Origin: Candidatus Omnitrophota bacterium
Lineage (GTDB): Bacteria; Omnitrophota; Gorgyraeia; Gygaellales; Profunditerraquicolaceae
Reading direction: 5' to 3'
Assembly (NCBI GenBank): GCA_041651115.1
Contig: JBAZJY010000001.1
Location: 517,165 to 581,164, forward strand
Length of the DNA: 64,000 nucleotides
Both the position numbers and the translations under genes were made by a program. Under the pieces are notes generated by a model, which did no database searches, had not been told where the DNA came from, and saw only the letters and a program-made list of their open reading frames with translations. This document shows, piece after piece, positions 48,359-57,175 of the stretch; the stretch's first letter is position 1, and each line of letters begins with the position of its first letter.

Positions 48359-48679
48359 TTAGAGTACGATTTTTTCGGCAAGATCCGTAACAATCGGGAT
48401 GCGGCAGTAATTGCCCAGCAAAGACTGCAGAGATCCCCATAAAAGCGCCAGGAGATAAATATAAGAAGCCCAGTGCCAGACAAATTGCCCTACACCGGGA
48501 ATAACATTAAAAAGAAACGCGCCTACAAGAAAAATGAACAGAACCAGGCCTTGCTTACCATGGTAAACGCAAAATTTATTATCTTTCTTTAAGATCAGCG
48601 GCAAAATGCAGAGAAAGCCCCAGTAGGCGACTACCGCGAAAATCTTTCCCTCTTCTATTTCCTTACTATTCTTCTCCAT
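48359..48679 (-). CDS. DUF4870-like small membrane protein
   Basis: Two TM hairpins with a conserved YHGKQGLVLFI-type motif. Confidence 0.45.
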   Translation of the reverse strand: MEKNSKEIEEGKIFAVVAYWGFLCILPLILKKDNKFCVYHGKQGLVLFIFLVGAFLFNVIPGVGQFVWHWASYIYLLALLWGSLQSLLGNYCRIPIVTDLAEKIVL

Positions 48680-48698
48680 AGCCTGACCCCTAAAACAG

Positions 48699-49808
48699 TC
48701 ACTTCCCTTCTTCTATCTCAAGAAGCGAATTCATCTGGCCAAAGGGATTGACCTGCCTGCGGGGATTTCCGGCGTCTTCCGTCCAGTTGCCGTCAACCAC
48801 AAAGCGATACTGATATTGTCCGGCTTTAAGGCTTACTTTTTTAACCCACGTGCCGTTAGAGCGTTCCATGCGGCTTTTTTCATCCGGCTGCCAGTTGTTA
48901 AAATCGCCTACCAGGTGCACTTCATTGGCATCGGGCGCGGGAAGCGAGAAAATGATCTCGCTAAGTTTGGGCATCCTTTCTTTGACGATTTCATCCATTT
49001 TCTTTTCCAGGGGCTTGCACGCAACAGGCGCGGGAGTTTCCGGGCTGCTCCCTGATTCCTGGATGATCAGCTCACGCGCAAGGCTGTAGTAATCCTTGGC
49101 CCCGCGGCAATATTTATCATAATTTAACACGTAGGTGCCTTCAGTCTGCGCTTCTTTTAGCTTTACGTTTACGTGGATGATGTTGCTAAAAAGCTTGTTC
49201 TTAAAATCCGCGCGGATCTTTTCCAATACCTTAAACGAATGGCGCAGCCGGGAATCAAAATTCGTTACCAGGACTTTATATTCAACGTTGTGGTTTAAGC
49301 GGTCCTTGACTAGGTTAACGATGTCCACCAATTGCGCCAGGCCTTCAAGCGAGAACCTGCTTGCTTCAACCGGGATAATAATCTCCGAAGACGCGCGGAT
49401 GGCGTTTATGGTAAGGATGCCTAAATTAGGCGGGCAATCAATCAGGCAATAGTCATACTTCATGCTGAAGCCATTCAGCGTATCCATCAGGCGGGATTCC
49501 CTGCCGATCTCACCCGCGAGTTCCTGCTCAAGTGTGCTCAAGACAACGCCGGAAGGCGCAATGTCAAAATTGTCCGTTACATTCTGGATGATATCGTGAA
49601 GTTTGGCTCTTTTATTGGTCAGCTTGGAAAGGACGTTGTAAATCGTCAGGTTTGCTTTAATGTTCAAGCCGAGAGTAGCGTGAGACTGCGGGTCAAGGTC
49701 AATCAATAAAACTTTACGGTTATTGCTTGCCAGCGACGCAGCTAAATTTATCGCCGTAGTTGTTTTGCCGCAGCCGCCCTTCTGATTCGTGATGGAGATT
49801 ATACGCAT
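48699..49808 (-). CDS. ParA/MinD-family ATPase fused to a C-terminal CBM48 (AMPK-beta-type glycogen-binding) domain
   Basis: Deviant Walker A KGGCGKTT with a Soj/ParA-like N-terminal 255 aa, then a Pro/Ser linker and [11 protein letters not shown]...[16 protein letters not shown] (CBM48/E-set signature). Confidence 0.75.
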   Translation of the reverse strand: MRIISITNQKGGCGKTTTAINLAASLASNNRKVLLIDLDPQSHATLGLNIKANLTIYNVLSKLTNKRAKLHDIIQNVTDNFDIAPSGVVLSTLEQELAGEIGRESRLMDTLNGFSMKYDYCLIDCPPNLGILTINAIRASSEIIIPVEASRFSLEGLAQLVDIVNLVKDRLNHNVEYKVLVTNFDSRLRHSFKVLEKIRADFKNKLFSNIIHVNVKLKEAQTEGTYVLNYDKYCRGAKDYYSLARELIIQESGSSPETPAPVACKPLEKKMDEIVKERMPKLSEIIFSLPAPDANEVHLVGDFNNWQPDEKSRMERSNGTWVKKVSLKAGQYQYRFVVDGNWTEDAGNPRRQVNPFGQMNSLLEIEEGK

Positions 49809-49825
49809 TATCGACCCCTCCTAGA

Positions 49826-50389
49826 TTAGCGTAATACTCTAATGTTATCTATATAGACCACGTCCTTTTTATCCTTCGCGTTCCATTCCTCCACGATAAA
49901 CGAGACTTTGGTTATCTCATTCCAATAGCTTATGCCGTGGAATTCGGAAAATTTTACGGCGTAATTATTCCATCTGTGGGGTATGTCTTTAAGATAAAGG
50001 CTGGATCTTTCGTTGAAGGAGTTGGTGAATTCTACTTTGAGCGAAATTTTGTCGGCGTAATTGCTTTTTTTCAAAGCAAAGGCAAGCGTATTGTAATGAG
50101 AGAGATTGAGACGGTTAAGATCTAAGGAAAAAATCTCTTTTCTGGCGGGGTTGAAATTAAAGTTAATTTTCGCCGTATCGGGATACAAAATAAGCGCGAC
50201 CTCAGGCGCTCCAACAGAATTCCTGCCATTCAGGGCAGCGAATGAAAAAAAACCAAGCAAAATTACGACCGCAGAACCGGTGAAGATATATCTATTGAAC
50301 TTATGCTTTTTTTTGTTTTTTTTCTTTTTACTGGATGAAGCGTCGAGATAGATATTTGCAAGATGTTCGTAAATATCTCTCTTGTCCAT
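49826..50389 (-). CDS. hypothetical single-pass membrane protein with Lys-rich N-terminus
   Basis: KKKKNKKKHK cytoplasmic segment, one TM, and a roughly 130-aa beta-rich extracytoplasmic domain; lies between the GH57 and ParA-CBM48 genes. Confidence 0.45.
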   Translation of the reverse strand: MDKRDIYEHLANIYLDASSSKKKKNKKKHKFNRYIFTGSAVVILLGFFSFAALNGRNSVGAPEVALILYPDTAKINFNFNPARKEIFSLDLNRLNLSHYNTLAFALKKSNYADKISLKVEFTNSFNERSSLYLKDIPHRWNNYAVKFSEFHGISYWNEITKVSFIVEEWNAKDKKDVVYIDNIRVLR

Positions 50390-50426
50390 TATGCAAAGTT
50401 ATACCATAAAAGGGGTTAGATGTCAA

Positions 50427-51983
50427 TCATAAACTATTATTCAAATACGCCGGATGCGGTTTGCCGATGATCTGATAAAAATTACGCGCGTGCATGCGGA
50501 ATAATTTATCAAAATCTCCGTTGGGGTCTTCGCCATACCACCAGAACCAGTCGCTTCCTTCCAAAACGCGCATTTGTTTCCACGCCAGCTTAATGTCAAT
50601 GCCGTCTGAACCTTCCTTCTCTATTCTTTCAAGTTCGGAGCGCGCTTCAGTCAGGCTTTCCCACGCGCGATTCTTATGCGGGTTGCCGATCCATTTGCCG
50701 AACTCGCCGTAAATCCATGAGCCCGGGGCAAGGCGCTTGATCTCATGCTCTGCCGGATGTGATTTTAAATATTCCTGCGGCGTGGTTGCGGTAACGAATT
50801 TGGCGCTGGATAAATTTTCATAAAGCAGCTCAAGAAAATCATGGCCGTCATTGGCATAATATTCCCATGCGTTCTCACCGTCCATTGCGATCGTAACAAG
50901 AATATCCTGGTTCTTAAAAGCGGCTGCGATATTTTCCAAATGCTTCATAAAATCGGCAACCGCGGACTTTGAATCCCAGCGATGATAAACAAAACCGATA
51001 AGGTCGGAAAGATTGCGGTCGCGGAAAATAATGCTTAGCTGTCCCTCTTTGCCCTTTAAGAGGTGCGGCTTATATAAAGCGCGGGTATCCCGCTTTTTAA
51101 GGCCCAATGACCTGAATAATATGCCTTCATCGGCAACAATCCATTTAATCCCGGATTCCATAATGAACGGTAATATGTGCCGGCTTACCGCTTCTTCCGA
51201 AGGCCACATGCCCGCCGGCGCCATACCGAAACGCGCCTTGTAGAATTCCACTGCTTCGTCAATTTGCGCTTTGGCATCCTGCGGCCAGCTGAATTGGACC
51301 TGCGGCAGCGTGGTTTTGATATTTGCCTCTTTGGCAGTCTTGGTATTATAAAGCAGCGGCAGTATTGGATGGTAATACGGGCTGATAGAGGCCTCAATCT
51401 GGCCCTTTGCGATGAATTCCTTATAAACGGGGATAACGCCGGAAAGGATCTCTAACTGGGTATTTAAGACAATGGTCTTATCTTCTTCATTGTAGAACCG
51501 GCCTTTGCCAACGATCTTTTTTAATGCCGGGATATTGCGGCGGAAATACGGGTCAAACCAGGCAAGGTTAAACCAAACCTGCAGGTCAAGGAAGTCTTGA
51601 GTGGTAAAATTCTTGCTGGCCTTATGTTTTAGATAAAGCTCGTAGTAACGCGGATGTACTGCAATACACTTTTCAGGGTTAATGCTGAAGAAACGGCTAA
51701 GTAGGAATTCTTTATCCTGTTGGTCAAGCTTATCCGCCGGCTTAAGGGTAAGCTCAAAAAATTTGTCCTTTACTTCGCCGCTAACGTAATCTTCTACCTG
51801 TTCTACCAGCGAAGGCACAAGATTGAATGTCTGGCGCACTGCCGGATACTTATCCAGCATTTTAACCATATCAAGGTAGTCTTTGATGCCGTGCAGCCGC
51901 ACCCAAGGCACATCAGTCTCCTTGGTAAGGAGATTCTTGTAGTACGGCTGATGCATGTGGAAGATAAAGGCGAGGTATAGCAT
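50427..51983 (-). CDS. glycoside hydrolase family 57 enzyme (alpha-glucan branching/amylase-type)
   Basis: N-terminal FIFHMHQPYY GH57 signature; 518 aa as in GH57 branching enzymes. Confidence 0.85.
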   Translation of the reverse strand: MLYLAFIFHMHQPYYKNLLTKETDVPWVRLHGIKDYLDMVKMLDKYPAVRQTFNLVPSLVEQVEDYVSGEVKDKFFELTLKPADKLDQQDKEFLLSRFFSINPEKCIAVHPRYYELYLKHKASKNFTTQDFLDLQVWFNLAWFDPYFRRNIPALKKIVGKGRFYNEEDKTIVLNTQLEILSGVIPVYKEFIAKGQIEASISPYYHPILPLLYNTKTAKEANIKTTLPQVQFSWPQDAKAQIDEAVEFYKARFGMAPAGMWPSEEAVSRHILPFIMESGIKWIVADEGILFRSLGLKKRDTRALYKPHLLKGKEGQLSIIFRDRNLSDLIGFVYHRWDSKSAVADFMKHLENIAAAFKNQDILVTIAMDGENAWEYYANDGHDFLELLYENLSSAKFVTATTPQEYLKSHPAEHEIKRLAPGSWIYGEFGKWIGNPHKNRAWESLTEARSELERIEKEGSDGIDIKLAWKQMRVLEGSDWFWWYGEDPNGDFDKLFRMHARNFYQIIGKPHPAYLNNSL

Positions 51984-52018
51984 TAGGTGATAGGTGTTAG
52001 GTAATAGGTGTTAGGTTT
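51984..52018. repeat. array of five tandem TAGGTNN heptamers abutting the GH57 start codon
   Basis: taggtga taggtgt taggtaa taggtgt taggttt; an inverted copy lies at 52404-52431 and a direct copy at 63273-63307. Confidence 0.85.
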
Positions 52019-52031
52019 AAAGTGATGGATA

Positions 52032-52403
52032 TTAAGCATATTTCCCGAGTGAATTCTTAAGACCGTTTAACATTTTACCACATTCATTATATTCTTGCAC
52101 AAAATAATTATATTTATCTTCCGCAACATATTGCTTCTTAAAGGCAATTGATATATGATGTCTGGTTTCCTGAATTTCTCCTTGCGCCCGGTTAATACCC
52201 TCTAAATAAATATTTAAATGTTTATTATTCCAACCTTCGGCAAGATTCGCAGGGGCTGAATTAGAAGATCTTCTTAATTGGGAGCCTAACTCATACTTTT
52301 CAAAATCAGGAAATTCCTGTGTTAAAGCAGAAACCTCCAAATGTAGCTTACATAATTTTTGATAAACGTCTAAATCCTCAAAGCTATTTATTTGATTTTT
52401 CAT
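52032..52403 (-). CDS. four-helix-bundle protein (TIGR02436; 23S rRNA intervening-sequence-type protein)
   Basis: DLDVYQKLCKL...SAPANLAEG signature of the family; 123 aa. Confidence 0.75.
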   Translation of the reverse strand: MKNQINSFEDLDVYQKLCKLHLEVSALTQEFPDFEKYELGSQLRRSSNSAPANLAEGWNNKHLNIYLEGINRAQGEIQETRHHISIAFKKQYVAEDKYNYFVQEYNECGKMLNGLKNSLGKYA

Positions 52404-52431
52404 ACCTGGTATCTGACACCTAGCACCTAAA
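52404..52431. repeat. inverted heptamer array (ACCTNNN x4) immediately upstream of the four-helix-bundle gene
   Basis: acctggt atctgac acctagc acctaaa is the reverse complement of TAGGTNN units. Confidence 0.7.
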
Positions 52432-52478
52432 AAAAAGCCCCCAGAGGTTTAAGCCTCCAGGGGCTTTTTTATTACATA
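52428..52478 (-). terminator. rho-independent terminator of the porin gene (strand-specific)
   Basis: Minus-strand RNA GCCCCUGGAGG-CUUAAA-CCUCUGGGGGC followed by a U-run, 11 bp including two G-U pairs; the plus-strand version has C-A mismatches. Confidence 0.6.
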
Positions 52479-52485
52479 AACGCTA

Positions 52486-53925
52486 TTAGAATGTTACCTT
52501 CATTGAACCGATGACTTCAGTTGCTGTGTTGTCATTCCTATTGGAAAGGGCATTACCCGCCCAATAGACACCGGTCAAAAGGGAGAACTGAACATCTTCG
52601 GTATAATCATAGGTAGCCGTGACATCCAATTCTTGACCTAATCCGCCCTTTTTGGTAAAAACGAGGTTCTGTCCAGGTCTTGCAACACTCGTAGCTACTA
52701 GACCGTTGGTAGACCTCTTTGCCAGCCAATAACCATAATATTCGCCTTTTAAGGTGATATCTTCCATAGGCTTCATTGAACCTTTGATACCAGCTATATG
52801 CTGATTGGTCTGGTTCCATAACACATTATGGATATTGCCGAACGTCTGGTTCTCATACATCGGGTCCCATCCGCGGCGATGGCCTGCGTTGGTATCATAG
52901 TTGTCGCTGTCACCGCTAAAATAGGCATACAAAGCAGTCAAAGAAGGTGTATATTTGACTTTTTTAAAATCATAGGTCAACGACGTTTCCAAAGCCCAAG
53001 CTTTAAGGGCTACGGTCGGCTGAGCCGCAGTATTGGTGTTATATCTACCAAACTGATATGCAACTTCCAACTGATACATAAGATTCTCGATGGGCGTAGT
53101 AGATACGCGGGCACCGATAACATCTGTACGAGTAGGCTTATTAATGTTAGTATTCGCTTTTCTGTCAACGTTTCTTTCAAACCAGTATGCCTCTACCTTG
53201 GTGTTCTTGGTGAGATCATAACCGGCATTCACGCCATAAAGATTGGTGTCATCGTAGCTGTTGGTAACTGCCTCTGCGATCTTTGCGCCGATGATGTCAA
53301 TCACCAAAGGATCATAATTAAGGGTAGCGCGAATAGCATCAAACGACTTACGGGCGCTCAGGTCTGCGTTTAACCTGTTAGCGCTGGTGGTACCCACCAC
53401 GTTACTGAACGGGCTGGCTGAACTAACCGCGTTATTAGTATCAGGATCGCCGACTATCATTTCGTTTCCAAAGTGCAGTTCCTGGCGACCAACTGTCATT
53501 GTCAGAGGAGAATACAAAAACTCTTTCAAAGTCACATAAGCCAAGTCAAGATCAATGTCTGTGTTGACATTTCTGTCTGAACTGGCTGCGACTGAACCCG
53601 TATTCTCTGTTTCGCTACCCCAATATCTTTCGTTGAGTATCCTTACGGTGGTAGAAACATTGTCTGTAAGATCAGCATCAACTCTTACGCGGGCAATGCT
53701 AGCAAGAAAAGTATCCGGATACGTTCCTGTTGTACCGGTTCCGGCGGCCTTGCTATTATTAAGCTCAAGCTGGCGAGCAACACCAAGCACGGTGATGTCT
53801 CCGCTTACTTTAACATTTTGAACTTCTGCGTATGCGGTAAATGTGAGGCCTACCACAAACGCCAAAGCCAAAACTAATATCAAGCGTTTACTCATTTGTG
53901 TAACCTCCTTTAAAATTCCAAACAA
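52486..53925 (-). CDS. outer-membrane beta-barrel porin-like protein
   Basis: Signal peptide, alternating amphipathic beta-strands, C-terminal ...KVTF aromatic terminus. Confidence 0.55.
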   Translation of the reverse strand: MFGILKEVTQMSKRLILVLALAFVVGLTFTAYAEVQNVKVSGDITVLGVARQLELNNSKAAGTGTTGTYPDTFLASIARVRVDADLTDNVSTTVRILNERYWGSETENTGSVAASSDRNVNTDIDLDLAYVTLKEFLYSPLTMTVGRQELHFGNEMIVGDPDTNNAVSSASPFSNVVGTTSANRLNADLSARKSFDAIRATLNYDPLVIDIIGAKIAEAVTNSYDDTNLYGVNAGYDLTKNTKVEAYWFERNVDRKANTNINKPTRTDVIGARVSTTPIENLMYQLEVAYQFGRYNTNTAAQPTVALKAWALETSLTYDFKKVKYTPSLTALYAYFSGDSDNYDTNAGHRRGWDPMYENQTFGNIHNVLWNQTNQHIAGIKGSMKPMEDITLKGEYYGYWLAKRSTNGLVATSVARPGQNLVFTKKGGLGQELDVTATYDYTEDVQFSLLTGVYWAGNALSNRNDNTATEVIGSMKVTF

Positions 53926-54206
53926 TATATTTAACTAGGTATTTAAGTGTTGCCTAGATTATTTCTATCTATTTTTATATCACTGGATTTGTGTATGACT
54001 TCGGGCTATTTTTATGTTCATCGCCTCCCTTCTGCCCAACATTAAAGCCATATCCAGTGGTATAACCGATTTTCTCCCTTTTAACATATAAACCTTTACT
54101 TGTCAAGGGTTTTTTAATAAAACCAGGGTTTATATTATGTAACTCCTTTAAATTCAGATATTTAGGAGATTTGTTTCTTTTTTTATTCAAGAGCACTGCT
54201 AGCTGC

Positions 54207-54233
54207 TAGGGACGTCCTTTCAGGTACCACCCT
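54207..54233. repeat. REP-like element copy (CTAGGGACGTCCTTTCAGGTACCACCCT) overlapping the AbiEii stop codon
   Basis: Shares the GGGACGTCC...GGTACCACCCT core with 56435-56460, 57148-57173 and 60295-60320. Confidence 0.75.
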
Positions 54234-54891
54234 GCAAGGCCGCTTTTATCTTCATCTCCAAAATAGCGAATTTTTTTGCAGTGTAATACCTACGCTCATC
54301 TTCCTCCAATAAAGAACCCAGCTTTACGGAGTAATCTTTTGCAGTAAAAGACGTTACCCCTCTTAACAGTCTTTCCAAAACCTCGGCAGGCTCATCCAGC
54401 GCTGCGCCTTTTTTCAAAAGAAACTCAATGTCAAAGGCGTCACGGATCTCTTTTCTGTCTAAAAGCGCCCGGATTTTTGCCGTCAGCATATCCTTTAAAG
54501 ACAGGGCATTCAAAATAACCTGCACGTTTGAATACTTGCTGTATGCGATGGACCGTTCTGATTTTACGGCCTTAAGCTCTTTTCTGATCTCCAGCTTCAG
54601 GGCCCGCGGAAAATTTTTTGACCGGATCTCAAAAAGTATTGTATAAAATTTATCCGTTGCGTCTTTTACCGTATAATAGCGGCTAAGGCAATCCTTTAGA
54701 TTGCGGAATAATTTTTGGGCATCGGTTTTTTTATTGAGCCAAAAATCCAAATCTACGGAAAACCGGTTTAAACCGTAACAGAGCCTAAGCATTGTGCCTC
54801 CGCCAAAAACAAGCCCGCTCAATAATTTTGCGCTGTTTAGCCGATCCAAAACCTCTAATTCAAATTGTTCCTGTTTTATGAGATCCCGCAT
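54220..54891 (-). CDS. AbiEii/DUF1814-family nucleotidyltransferase toxin
   Basis: LVFGGGTMLRLCYGLNRFSVDLDF NTase motif characteristic of AbiEii. Confidence 0.7.
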   Translation of the reverse strand: MRDLIKQEQFELEVLDRLNSAKLLSGLVFGGGTMLRLCYGLNRFSVDLDFWLNKKTDAQKLFRNLKDCLSRYYTVKDATDKFYTILFEIRSKNFPRALKLEIRKELKAVKSERSIAYSKYSNVQVILNALSLKDMLTAKIRALLDRKEIRDAFDIEFLLKKGAALDEPAEVLERLLRGVTSFTAKDYSVKLGSLLEEDERRYYTAKKFAILEMKIKAALQGGT

Positions 54892-55466
54892 ATTTTCCCC
54901 GCTATCTGCCTTGTTTTAAGTGGGTATGCTTTTATTATTTTTTTTAACCTCTGCATATCCAACCTTTCAATATTCAAAGATGCGAAGTCCAATTTATATT
55001 TGCCGAAAGAAAAAAGATAAACGGCATCCATAAAAGCTTTTTCTTTTGTGGCGATAAAAATATTGTCTTTTCTGATAAAATCAAAATAGACTGTTTTTTT
55101 AACTTTGTGATAGTTGAATATTACTCCCTTTATTTCAAAACGCTGGGAGCGTTTTAGGGAAATACTTTCAAAAAAATTCCGCGGAGACTGGGTTGTAACT
55201 TCATAAAACGATAAAGCAGTCATTAAAGATATGTATGAAGGCACCTGCAGGTAATTGGAAAGCGCGAAAAAATCTTCCCGCCTAAAGTTGCCCCAATTCT
55301 GATCCAAGACGTAAAAATTATTTTTAAGCCTTATAAAAACGCCGGATTTTACGTAGCGGCTGGCAAGGACCCGGGCTGATTCAAGGCTAATGCCGGCAAT
55401 ATTTGCCAGATTGGCTATTGTAAAGTAGGGCTTTTCCTGTAACCGGCGAAGCTGCGCGTATTTCAT
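54876..55466 (-). CDS. AbiEi-family antitoxin/transcriptional regulator
   Basis: N-terminal AbiEi_4-like wHTH (FTIANLANIAGISLESARVLASRYVKSGVF); overlaps the abiEii start. Confidence 0.65.
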   Translation of the reverse strand: MKYAQLRRLQEKPYFTIANLANIAGISLESARVLASRYVKSGVFIRLKNNFYVLDQNWGNFRREDFFALSNYLQVPSYISLMTALSFYEVTTQSPRNFFESISLKRSQRFEIKGVIFNYHKVKKTVYFDFIRKDNIFIATKEKAFMDAVYLFSFGKYKLDFASLNIERLDMQRLKKIIKAYPLKTRQIAGKICGIS

Positions 55467-55558
55467 TTGTTTTCCCCCAAAGCCTGATATTTACTAAGTA
55501 TACATAATTAACATCTACGATAAGTATATATCCCTAGTAATCCTTTGTCAAGCTTATT

Positions 55559-55789
55559 TTATTCAACCACGCCAAGGGTTTCGCCGACACTTACAGTGTC
55601 GCCTTCGCTAAAGATGACCTCGGAAAGCGTGCCTGAACAGGGGCTGGGCAGGTTAAAGGTGGCCTTATCAGTGGCAAGCTCAACTAAGTCGTCTTTCTCA
55701 TTTACCTTATCTCCGACTTTATAATACCAATAAGAAACCGTCGCTTTGGTGATGCCTTCGCCTAATTCCGGTAAGATGACTTTTGTCAT
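55559..55789 (-). CDS. stand-alone lipoyl/biotinyl attachment-domain protein
   Basis: 76 aa with the LVELATDKA lipoyl-lysine motif; overlaps lipB by 4 nt. Confidence 0.6.
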   Translation of the reverse strand: MTKVILPELGEGITKATVSYWYYKVGDKVNEKDDLVELATDKATFNLPSPCSGTLSEVIFSEGDTVSVGETLGVVE

Positions 55790-56433
55790 ATTAAAGCCTC
55801 CTCCTTTTCTTTCAAGAATACATTTGTGAATTTCGCGGTTAATCCGGCTTTCAGCGCATTGACCTCAACCTGCCTGCCTAAAGCCGTTTCCAAAGAAACC
55901 ATTTCTATGTCCATGCCGCAAGGCCGGATCAAAGAATAGTTTTTCAGGTCATCATTCTTTATGTTTATGCTCATGCCGTGGAAAGTTATCCAGTTCCTTA
56001 CGCAGATGCCGATAGAAGCGATTTTTTTGCTGCCGAACCAAACACCGGTAAGCCCAAGCCTTCTTGTTGCGGTAATTCCGAAATCGGATAAAAAATCAAT
56101 GGCAGTTTCTTCAAGCTGTCTTAAAAAAAAGTGGATGTCTTTCTTAAAATAATTCAGGTTGAATACCGGATAAATAACAAGTTGGCCCGGGCCGTGATAA
56201 GTAACATCCCCGCCTCTTTCAACTTCAATAAGCTGGATGCCTTTTGCCTGTAATTCGTCTTTACCGATAAGGATATTTTTACGGCTTGCTTGCCTGCCTA
56301 AGGTGATCACCGGATTATGGAAACAGGTTATCAGGCAGGAATTATATGCACCTTTTTTAACGTCGGAAAAAACCAGCCTTTGGCATTCCAAAGCTTCGTT
56401 ATAATCTATTAAACCTAAATCAACCGTTCTCAT
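55786..56433 (-). CDS. lipB: octanoyltransferase (lipoyl(octanoyl) transferase)
   Basis: LipB-like fold with HGPGQLVIYP and conserved Cys/Lys region; 215 aa. Confidence 0.8.
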   Translation of the reverse strand: MRTVDLGLIDYNEALECQRLVFSDVKKGAYNSCLITCFHNPVITLGRQASRKNILIGKDELQAKGIQLIEVERGGDVTYHGPGQLVIYPVFNLNYFKKDIHFFLRQLEETAIDFLSDFGITATRRLGLTGVWFGSKKIASIGICVRNWITFHGMSINIKNDDLKNYSLIRPCGMDIEMVSLETALGRQVEVNALKAGLTAKFTNVFLKEKEEALI

Positions 56434-56434
56434 T

Positions 56435-56460
56435 GGGGACGTCCTTTAAAGTACCACCCT
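56435..56460. repeat. REP-like 26-mer (GGGGACGTCCTTTAAAGTACCACCCT) downstream flank of the RAYT
   Basis: Inverted relative to 57148-57173; overlaps the RAYT stop codon and abuts the lipB start. Confidence 0.8.
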
Positions 56461-57049
56461 ATCTGATCTTAAACACTTTATCTACAATGAGGTCGTAAGG
56501 CCTGTCCTCGGATACATATTTGATATAGGCCTCTTGCCTCTTCTCTTGTATATGGGCCAATCCCGAATAGAGCAAATTAGGCATAATTATTATATCATCG
56601 GTAGAGCCGTAAGCATAGTAAGAAAAACTGCTCCATTTATATCTTGATAAATTATCAACTATTCCTGCACGCAGAGGATTCCGTTCAATATACCTTGCGC
56701 ATTCTAAAAGATAAGCATCATTATTTATGGAGCGGCTCTTATACCGGTTCTGAAAGATAAACCCGACAGAACCATAACGCTTGCGGAATGTAACCGCATA
56801 TACCTGCAGAATTGATTGCATAAATTTTGGTAGATCCGATGCTTTAATAGCTTTAAGCAGCAGGTGTATGTGGTTTGGCATAATGCAGTAATTGGTTATC
56901 TTGACTTCGTAGGAGTGCTGGTATTGCTTAAGTATTGCCAAAAAGTATTCATAGTCATGCTTGCACCTAAACAGGCGCCTACGGTCAATACCCCTTGTAA
57001 CTATATGATAATACCCTCCGTCTATCAAGGCTCTACTTACTCTTGGCAT
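56459..57049 (-). mobile_element. IS200-like Y1 HUH transposase, REP-associated (RAYT) type
   Basis: HUH motif PNHIHLLL and catalytic-Tyr helix ARYIERNPLRAG (Y-x3-NP); 196 aa; flanked by inverted REP-like 26-mers. Confidence 0.75.
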
Positions 57050-57147
57050 ATAGATTCCTCCTTCTAATTAAATAGACGAAAGAAAAAGGAAAATCTAACA
57101 AAGAAATTTTTAGTTGGTTAAAATGACGGGATTAGAAAACTCTGAAA

Positions 57148-57173
57148 AGGGTGGTACCTGGAAGGACGTCCCC
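57148..57173. repeat. REP-like 26-mer (AGGGTGGTACCTGGAAGGACGTCCCC) upstream flank of the RAYT
   Basis: Reverse-complement orientation of the 56435 copy; ends 2 nt before the lpdA stop codon. Confidence 0.8.
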
Positions 57174-57175
57174 TG

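Noticed and set aside
51984-52018. Possible CRISPR array (short tandem repeats TAGGTNN; also the REP families)
   Set aside because: Units are 7 nt with no unique spacers, and the REP copies are dispersed singletons or doublets. No repeat-spacer architecture and no cas genes are present.
53975-54196. 73-aa ORF between the porin and AbiEii genes
   Set aside because: Lys/Asn-rich low-complexity translation with no motif. It more likely represents the porin promoter region.
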